DNA from: Calditrichia bacterium
GTDB lineage: Bacteria > Calditrichota > Calditrichia > Calditrichales > J004
DNA length: 64,000 bases
Assembly: GCA_020635035.1 (NCBI GenBank)
Contig: JACKAO010000006.1
Coordinates: 238,807 to 302,806, forward strand
Direction of reading: 5' to 3'
The first letter of the stretch is position 1, and each line of letters starts with the position of its first letter. A program made the translations under genes and the position numbers. The notes below the pieces were generated by a model. That model did no database searches. It was not told the DNA's origin and saw nothing but the letters and a program-made list of their open reading frames with translations. Below, piece by piece: positions 57,430-64,000 of the stretch.

Positions 57430-57921
57430 ATGCAATTTCATAAATTAGATCAAATTGATATTCAGATTTTACAAATAATTCAGAAACGTGCACGTATTAA
57501 GCGAAAAGATCTGGCAGAGCTGGTTCATTTAACCATTCCGGCTGTTTCTGAAAGAATGAGAAAAATGCAGGAAGAAGGTTATATAAAAAAATACACCACT
57601 GTTTTAGATCCCAAAAAAGTTAATCTTGGTGTAACTGCTTTTATCTTCATTAAAGTTGATACTTCTTCTCACTATTCCGATGTAATTACGCAGGCATTGA
57701 AATATCCTGAAATTTTAGAATGCCACGCCATAACCGGTGCAGGTTCACATTTATTAAAAGTTCGAACAATCAATGTGGATGGCCTGGAAAAATTATTGAG
57801 TATTATTCAAAGCTGGGATGGTGTTATAAACACAAAAACCAATCTTGTTTTATCCAGTCCCAAAGAATCAACTGAGTTATCACTTGACCATTTAAGTATC
57901 GAAGAAAAAGAGCAGGTATAA
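57430..57921 (+). CDS. Lrp/AsnC-family transcriptional regulator (paralog 1)
   Basis: HTH_AsnC (LDQIDIQILQIIQKRARIKRKDLAELVHLTIPAVSERMRKMQEEGYI) plus a RAM/AsnC_trans_reg domain. 32 nt upstream of glnN. Confidence 0.9.
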   Translation: MQFHKLDQIDIQILQIIQKRARIKRKDLAELVHLTIPAVSERMRKMQEEGYIKKYTTVLDPKKVNLGVTAFIFIKVDTSSHYSDVITQALKYPEILECHAITGAGSHLLKVRTINVDGLEKLLSIIQSWDGVINTKTNLVLSSPKESTELSLDHLSIEEKEQV

Positions 57922-57953
57922 ACTAAAAATTATTTAATAAGGAGGATTTTTTA

Positions 57954-60068
57954 ATGAGTTCCAAGGCTGAAAATGTTCTCAGTTATTTTGGCAAAAACAC
58001 ATTTAATGACGCAGTTATGCGTGATAAATTGTCAAAAGAAGTATACAAAAAATTAAAAGCCAATATCCAGAAAGGTGAAAAACTTTTACCTGAAATCGCT
58101 AATTCGGTAGCACATGCCATGAAAGAATGGGCACTGGAAAATGGTGTTACACACTTTACGCACTGGTTCCAGCCAATGACAGGGTTAACCGCAGAAAAGC
58201 ATGATGCATTTCTTGAGATCGAGAAAAATGGCGATCCTATTCAACGTTTTGATGGTGATAAGCTGATCCAGGGTGAACCGGATGCATCAAGCTTTCCGAG
58301 TGGTGGAATGCGTGCCACATTTGAAGCCCGCGGTTACACAATCTGGGATACAACAAGTCCTGCTTTTATTATGGAAGGTCCGGCAGGAAGTACCTTATGT
58401 ATACCCACAGTTTTTATTTCATATAATGGTGAAGCTCTTGATAAGAAAACACCATTACTGCGTTCTATGCGTGCGCTGAATGATTCTGCGAAAAAATTAA
58501 TTAAACTTTTTGGCCGTGATGTGGATCAGGTTACTACAACCCTTGGACCGGAACAGGAATATTTTCTTATTGATCAGAAATTTTATGACCAGCGTCCCGA
58601 CCTTGTCCTGGCCGGCAGAACTTTGATTGGTGCAGAACCGCCAAAAGGCCAGGAAATGGAAGATCATTATTTTGGCAGTATCAAAGAGAGAGCGCTTGAG
58701 TTTATGCAACTCTCAGAAAAAGAACTTTACAAGCTTGGTATCCCGGCAAAAACACGCCATAATGAAGTTGCCCCGCATCAATTTGAGATTGCTCCGATCT
58801 TTTCAGAAGCTAATCTGGCAGCGGATCGTAATCAGCAGGTAATGGAAGTTCTTAAAAAAGTGGCAACCCGTTTAAATCTTGCAATTTTAATGAATGAAAA
58901 ACCCTTTGCCGGTGTGAATGGAAGCGGAAAACATTTAAACTGGTCTGTGGTTGACAGTGATGGTTATAATTTACTGGATCCGGGACATACCCCTAAGGAA
59001 AACCTGCAATTCCTGACCGTGCTGGTTTCTGTTTTACATGCTGTTTACAAATATTCTGATATATTAAGGGCATCCATTGCGTCTCCGGGAAATGATCATC
59101 GTCTTGGTGCTAATGAAGCACCCCCTGCAATTATATCTGTTTTCCTTGGTTCAGCTTTGTATGATATTCTGGAAAGCATCGAAAAAGGTTCAGATCATGT
59201 GACCGAACAAAAAATAATTGATCTCGATCTGGAAAATCTTCCTACTATCCTGCAGGATAACACAGACAGAAACAGAACATCCCCATTTGCTTTTACTGGA
59301 AATAAATTTGAGTTCCGTGCATTAGGAAGTTCAGCGAGTGTGTCTACCCCTGCAACAATTTTAAATTCAGCTGTTGCAGAATCTTTTGAAATCATTTCAA
59401 AGGAAATTGAATCCAGGATGAAAAAAGGATCCGATGTAAAAGATGCCTGTATCGCTGTACTGAAAAAATATATTACAGAGACCAAGCCTGTTTGCTTTAA
59501 TGGTGATAATTATTCTGCGGACTGGGTTAAAGAAGCTGAAAAACGTGGTTTACCAAATCTGAAAAACACCGCATCATCGCTTCCGGCATATATTGCCAAG
59601 AAAAATGTGGAAATGCTCACCAAATTTAAAATTTTCACTAAAGAAGAAATTCACTCTCGCTATAATATTAAGCTGGAAAGATATTGTAATACAATTGCTA
59701 TTGAATATAAAACACTTAAAACAATGGCAAATACAATGATAGTTCCCACCGCTATTGATTATCAGAATATCCTGATTGGTACCGTATCCGGGTTGAAACA
59801 ACTTGGTATTGCCTGTGATGAACAGACGAAAAGGCTGAGTACTGTTTCAGAACATATTGAGTCATTGTCGAAAGCACTCTCTAAACTGGATAAAAAAATC
59901 GAAAAGGCAGAATCTGAGCATGATGAACAGAAAAAAGCACTTTTCCTTACGGACTCACTTATCCCGGTAATGAATTCTATTCGTGAACATTGCGACGCTC
60001 TTGAAGAGCTGGTTCCTGATCAGGATTGGCCATTACCAAAATACAGAGAAATGCTTTTTATAATGTAA
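57954..60068 (+). CDS. glnN: Glutamine synthetase type III
   Basis: 704 aa. The N-terminal region and length are typical of GSIII (FGKNTF...AMKEWA...GVTHFTHWFQPMTG). Strong RBS AAGGAGG. Confidence 0.9.
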   Translation: MSSKAENVLSYFGKNTFNDAVMRDKLSKEVYKKLKANIQKGEKLLPEIANSVAHAMKEWALENGVTHFTHWFQPMTGLTAEKHDAFLEIEKNGDPIQRFDGDKLIQGEPDASSFPSGGMRATFEARGYTIWDTTSPAFIMEGPAGSTLCIPTVFISYNGEALDKKTPLLRSMRALNDSAKKLIKLFGRDVDQVTTTLGPEQEYFLIDQKFYDQRPDLVLAGRTLIGAEPPKGQEMEDHYFGSIKERALEFMQLSEKELYKLGIPAKTRHNEVAPHQFEIAPIFSEANLAADRNQQVMEVLKKVATRLNLAILMNEKPFAGVNGSGKHLNWSVVDSDGYNLLDPGHTPKENLQFLTVLVSVLHAVYKYSDILRASIASPGNDHRLGANEAPPAIISVFLGSALYDILESIEKGSDHVTEQKIIDLDLENLPTILQDNTDRNRTSPFAFTGNKFEFRALGSSASVSTPATILNSAVAESFEIISKEIESRMKKGSDVKDACIAVLKKYITETKPVCFNGDNYSADWVKEAEKRGLPNLKNTASSLPAYIAKKNVEMLTKFKIFTKEEIHSRYNIKLERYCNTIAIEYKTLKTMANTMIVPTAIDYQNILIGTVSGLKQLGIACDEQTKRLSTVSEHIESLSKALSKLDKKIEKAESEHDEQKKALFLTDSLIPVMNSIREHCDALEELVPDQDWPLPKYREMLFIM

Positions 60069-60077
60069 ACCAACAAG

Positions 60078-60101
60078 GCCCCTCCAATGAGGGGCTTTTT
60101 T
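60078..60101 (+). terminator. Rho-independent terminator after glnN
   Basis: GCCCCTC-CAAT-GAGGGGC followed by TTTTTTAT, 10 nt after the stop. Confidence 0.85.
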
Positions 60102-60253
60102 ATTCCTGATTTAAGCTGTTTTTAGTCATTATATACCTAATCTCCCATCTATAAAACTTTATTTATTTTTGTAAAAAGAGTAGTTTAGTTTAATAAATAT
60201 CGTATATTAACCATTAAATGATGTAATCCTGGGATTAAGTGAAAGAATGAATA

Positions 60254-60745
60254 ATGTACCGAGATAACAAGCTTGATGATATTGATTTGACTATTCTTGA
60301 AATACTGCAAAAACACGGTCGTACGCGCAGAAATGAAATAGCAGAAATAGTAGGACTTTCTTTGCCGGCTGTAAGTGAGCGAGTCTTAAAACTTGAAGAC
60401 CAGGGTTATATAAAAAGTTTTCATGCACATTTGGATAATCATAAAGTTGGTCTTGGTGTAACCGCACTTATTTTTATAACAACGGAATCATCTACTTATT
60501 ATCCTGATATTCTTGAAAGAGCAAATGCAAATGAGAACATCCAGGAATGTCATACAATCACAGGAATTGGATCTCATATACTAAAAGTTCGGGCAGAAGA
60601 TATGAAAGCACTTGAGAAAATATTGAATCAGGTTCAGGCATGGCCCGGAGTTAAAGACACTACAACGAATATTGTACTTTCTACTATAAAAGAAACAACC
60701 ATCCTTCCAGTTAGACATCTCAAGAAAAAAGTGGAACAAGTATAA
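60254..60745 (+). CDS. Lrp/AsnC-family transcriptional regulator (paralog 2)
   Basis: Same architecture as 57430-57921 and collinear with it (LPAVSER, LGVTA.IFI, ECH.ITG.GSH.LKVR, both ending in EQV). Confidence 0.9.
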   Translation: MYRDNKLDDIDLTILEILQKHGRTRRNEIAEIVGLSLPAVSERVLKLEDQGYIKSFHAHLDNHKVGLGVTALIFITTESSTYYPDILERANANENIQECHTITGIGSHILKVRAEDMKALEKILNQVQAWPGVKDTTTNIVLSTIKETTILPVRHLKKKVEQV

Positions 60746-60984
60746 TTTCACTTAATTCGGCAACATCTGCTGTAAATAAAATCAGCTATATTTAATGACA
60801 GAAGAATAATTTTTTAAAATTATCTCCTGATTTGTCTTTTAATTAAAGGTAGAACCTTCCTGCATTGACGATTGTAAAGAAACATCTTTCAAGGTTGCTT
60901 TAGTTATTTGCAATATGTAAATTTTCTGTGATTATTTTTGCCCGAAATCCGCGATTAATCTTACTAAATCTAAGGAGTATAACT

Positions 60985-61941
60985 ATGTTGAATAAAATAG
61001 CTGTAATTGGCGGCGGAAACATTGGTGGTGTTGTGGTGCAGGAAGTTGCAAGCCGTAAATTAGCCCGCAGTGTAGCACTTGTGGATGTTAAAGAACCTGA
61101 ATTTGCAAAAGGTAAATGTCTTGATATCGCCGAAGGAACACCTGTAATAGGAGCAGATATCAATGTTGAAGGATCAAAAGAATACGATGTAATTGAAGGT
61201 GCAGACATTGTTATTAATACTGCAGGTGTGCCACGTACAACCCGTCCGGATGGTACATTGCCGACCCGGGAAGAACTCCTGGCGACGAATCTTAAAATAA
61301 CAGATTTTGTAAGCGCAGGAATTGCAAAATATGCGCCGGACGCAATAGTAATTTCAATTGCTAATCCATTGGATGCAATCGTTTACAGGCTGCATATGAA
61401 TCTGAAAAAAGACCGCTCAAAATTATTAGGAATGGCTGGGGTACTTGACTCCGCGCGTTACAGATTGTTTATAGCGCAGGAAGCCGGAGTGAGTGTTGAA
61501 AATGTTGAAGCCATGGTGCTTGGTGGTCATGGTGATGATATGTTGCCTATTCGTTCAGCATGCCGTATTGCAGGGATGCCGGTTGAAAAATTTGTTTCCC
61601 CTGAAAAATTAGAAGCCATTGAAAACCGTACCCGTAAAGCAGGTGGAGAAGTAGTAAAACTGCTTGGCAGCGGGTCAGCATTTGTCTCCCCGGCATGGAG
61701 CGCACTCGAAATGGCAGAAGCTATTATTTATGATAAACGCAAGATTGTTCCGGTTTGTACCCTGCTAAAAGGCGAATACGGTGTTGATGGCTTGTTTATC
61801 GGTGTGCCGGCAATTTTGGGTAAAAACGGTGTTGAACAGATTATTGAAATGGATTTAACTGATGAAGAGAAAGAGTTGTTTAAGAAATCTGTTGCATCTG
61901 TTAAAAAAACCGCAGATGAAGTAGTTGCCATGACCAAGTAA
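60985..61941 (+). CDS. mdh: Malate dehydrogenase (LDH-like MDH family)
   Basis: KIAVIGGGNIGG, NPLD, GGHGDDM. ATG at 60985 follows AAGGAG. The track ORF start at 60928 is an upstream extension. Confidence 0.9.
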   Translation: MLNKIAVIGGGNIGGVVVQEVASRKLARSVALVDVKEPEFAKGKCLDIAEGTPVIGADINVEGSKEYDVIEGADIVINTAGVPRTTRPDGTLPTREELLATNLKITDFVSAGIAKYAPDAIVISIANPLDAIVYRLHMNLKKDRSKLLGMAGVLDSARYRLFIAQEAGVSVENVEAMVLGGHGDDMLPIRSACRIAGMPVEKFVSPEKLEAIENRTRKAGGEVVKLLGSGSAFVSPAWSALEMAEAIIYDKRKIVPVCTLLKGEYGVDGLFIGVPAILGKNGVEQIIEMDLTDEEKELFKKSVASVKKTADEVVAMTK

Positions 61942-61960
61942 TTTTTTGCTTAAATGGAAA

Positions 61961-61987
61961 GGGCTGCCCATAATGGCAGCTCTTTTT
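61961..61987 (+). terminator. Terminator after mdh
   Basis: GGGCTGCC-CATAAT-GGCAGCTC (one mismatch) followed by TTTTT. Confidence 0.65.
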
Positions 61988-62106
61988 GATTGATAATTAT
62001 CCCCCTTAATATTGTTCACTTTTTTTATTCGATTCTGAATTAAATAAACTCATCTTGATATTTACCGATAAATACATCTTACATTTAATAAAAACTACGA
62101 GAGTTC

Positions 62107-63015
62107 ATGAAACAAAAAAAAGTTATTATGATCGTTGAAGACGATATTGAAATGCGATCAATTCTTAAACTCTATTTAACGAATATCGGTTATAATATAA
62201 TTGTTGCAGATAACGGGGACGATGCATATGAAAAAATTCGTCACAATACCCCCGATTTAATTCTCAGTGACATAATGATGCCAGGAACGGATGGTATTGA
62301 TTTAAGAAATAAACTTCTTAAAAATCCTGAATACCGAATAATTCCTTTTATTTTTGTATCCGCATTAGGGAAAATTGAAGAAAAAATAAAAGGCTTAAAA
62401 CTGTTTGTTGATGATTATATAGTTAAACCCTTTGACATGGCGGAATTGGTTGTAAGGATTCAGTCAACGATAAAAAGAAGTGAATACTTTAATGATCTTA
62501 TAAAAATAGATTCACTTACCAAACTCTATAATCGTAAAACATTTTTTAAGGAACTGGAAAAGGAAATAAAACGGGTTTCAAGGTATAATACACAGATGTC
62601 CGTTGCTATAATTGATCTTGACTATTTTAAAAAATGTAATGACACTTATGGTCACGTTTTTGGAGATTCCGTTTTGATAAAAGTGTCAGAATTTTTGCTT
62701 TCATCTTTACGCGAAACTGATTTTGCAGGAAGATTTGGTGGAGAAGAGTTTTTAGTAGCAATGCCTGAAACAGACAAAGAAGGTGCCAAAATTGTAATTG
62801 AAAGATTTAGAAAATCTGTTCAGGAAATGGAGTTCGAAATACCTGGCTTCAGGATAACATTCAGTGCCGGTATTGCCACAATACCTGAAGATGGTAATGA
62901 AGGTGATGACATTGTAAGAACAGCAGACATAGCTTTATATAAAGCAAAAAACAATGGCCGGAACCGTGTAGAAGTTTTTGATGCATCCCTGCAATCAAAC
63001 ATTACTATTGTTTGA
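62107..63015 (+). CDS. Response-regulator receiver fused to a GGDEF diguanylate cyclase domain
   Basis: Receiver (IMIVEDDIEM, DLILSDIMMPGTDG, KP). GGDEF domain with active-site GGEEF and an RxxD I-site (RETD) five residues upstream. Confidence 0.9.
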   Translation: MKQKKVIMIVEDDIEMRSILKLYLTNIGYNIIVADNGDDAYEKIRHNTPDLILSDIMMPGTDGIDLRNKLLKNPEYRIIPFIFVSALGKIEEKIKGLKLFVDDYIVKPFDMAELVVRIQSTIKRSEYFNDLIKIDSLTKLYNRKTFFKELEKEIKRVSRYNTQMSVAIIDLDYFKKCNDTYGHVFGDSVLIKVSEFLLSSLRETDFAGRFGGEEFLVAMPETDKEGAKIVIERFRKSVQEMEFEIPGFRITFSAGIATIPEDGNEGDDIVRTADIALYKAKNNGRNRVEVFDASLQSNITIV

Positions 63016-63133
63016 AAGCCTAAATCAGCCTGCGCAGAAATACCTTTATTTGTATCATCCTTTGATTCTTACGTATATTAATTGCTTAAAAAAACAATAA
63101 AAGGCAATTTAAGAATATACTGTAAGGAAAAAT

Positions 63134-64000
63134 ATGTTTAAGAAATTATTTATTTTTTTGCTTGTATTCGGTTCATATGTATTGGCTCAGAATCCTGTAA
63201 CTGTTGACCAGCTGAGCAAACATGTCCACTTTTTAGCATCGGATAAATTAGAAGGCAGACTCCCGGGAACTGAAGGCGGCATGGCAGCTGCAAATTATGT
63301 TGAATCTCAATTTAAAGCTTACGGATTGCAACCGCTCACAGATAGCGGATTCCAGGATTTTAAAGTAGTTAGTAAAGTTGAGCTTGCAACTAAAAATACT
63401 ATGAAAGTCGGCGAGCAAATTTATACAGTTGAAGAAGATTTTATTCCTGTTGGTTTTACAGATAATAAAAGTCTTGAAGCAGGAGTCGTTTTCGCCGGAT
63501 ATGGCTTTGTAATAGATACTGATTCATTGAAATGGGATGATTTTTCGGGAATTGATGTTGATGGTAAGTGGGTGATTATACTGCGTGGTGATCCAGAAAA
63601 CAGCCCCCATGGCGGTGCTTATTATGAACATAGTGCATTACGCAAAAAAGCACTGAATGCAACTGATAATGGTGCACTTGGAGTATTATTTGTTTCAGGA
63701 CCCGAATACGACGATGAAGATGAACTAATGCGTCTGGCGTTTGATCAGAGTAAATCTAATGCCGGTGTTCCTGTGATAAACATTAAAAGGAGTGTCGCTG
63801 ATTTTATACTGGCTGGAAAAGGAACTACAATTGCTGAACTCGAGAAAAAATTAAATAGTGACAAAAAAGCTAATTCTTTTGAAATACCTGTTACAGTTTC
63901 TGCATCTGCAGAAGTAAATCTTGTTAAAGTACAAACCCGTAATGTTTTAGCGGTACTACCCGGCTCAGATGAAACTCTTAAAGACCAGTATATTGTTGTA
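63134..64000 (+). CDS. M28-family peptidase with PA domain, 3'-truncated by the window edge
   Basis: Hand translation from the ATG at 63134 is open to position 64000. Signal peptide MFKKLFIFLLVFGSYVLAQ, then LSKHVHFLASDKLEGRLPGTEGG and RNVLAVLPGSDETLKDQYIVV. It is not in the ORF track because there is no stop codon in the window. Confidence 0.7.
   Translation, partial: MFKKLFIFLLVFGSYVLAQNPVTVDQLSKHVHFLASDKLEGRLPGTEGGMAAANYVESQFKAYGLQPLTDSGFQDFKVVSKVELATKNTMKVGEQIYTVEEDFIPVGFTDNKSLEAGVVFAGYGFVIDTDSLKWDDFSGIDVDGKWVIILRGDPENSPHGGAYYEHSALRKKALNATDNGALGVLFVSGPEYDDEDELMRLAFDQSKSNAGVPVINIKRSVADFILAGKGTTIAELEKKLNSDKKANSFEIPVTVSASAEVNLVKVQTRNVLAVLPGSDETLKDQYIVV

Overview
This is a gene-dense 64 kb stretch of an AT-rich bacterial chromosome. 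By eye I found no rRNA, tRNA, CRISPR array, transposase or integrase. Three proteins end in the T9SS C-terminal sorting motif NYPNPFNPSTTISY and the glutamine synthetase is type III. Together these suggest (inference only) an FCB-superphylum organism outside classical Bacteroidia; Shine-Dalgarno sites are clearly used. Layout:
- 1-1615: LytS/LytTR two-component pair.
- 1729-8371: three T9SS-sorted secreted proteins plus a membrane protein and a creatininase-family enzyme.
- 8360-17733: MFS transporter, TolC/RND/MFP efflux operon, and a divergent OmpR/HAMP-kinase pair.
- 17775-37491: one long minus-strand run. It holds a small 4-Cys ORF, a TAT-exported Gfo/Idh/MocA oxidoreductase, a double DUF1080 protein, DUF2007, Hsp20, a PP2C phosphatase, tandem tryptophanase-like and tyrosine-phenol-lyase-like genes, a beta-propeller lipoprotein, a cNMP-binding/PFK-like fusion, and a complete hisGDCB-(DUF1003)-HAF-IE operon.
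- 37626-46805: a lactonase, then a TetR-headed operon encoding a LolA-like protein, an NmrA-like protein, three FtsX permease paralogs, an ABC ATPase and an outer-membrane barrel.
- 47083-63015: an orphan secreted protein, then a nitrogen-assimilation block (gltBD, porin-amt-PII, Lrp/AsnC, glnN, second Lrp/AsnC), mdh, and a receiver-GGDEF protein.
- 63134-64000: truncated M28 peptidase.
Most of the window is ordinary core metabolism. The items I consider most worth follow-up:
1. A His-codon leader peptide plus terminator upstream of hisG, absent from the ORF track.
2. The TetR/LolA-like/three-permease ABC/OM-barrel operon.
3. The cNMP-PFK fusion with substituted catalytic motifs.
4. The tnaA-like/tpl-like tandem, with periodic TAATC arrays upstream of both genes.
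5. Two Lrp/AsnC paralogs bracketing glnN.
All coordinates of hairpins, small ORFs and repeats were derived by hand. All family assignments are motif-level recognition, not database hits.
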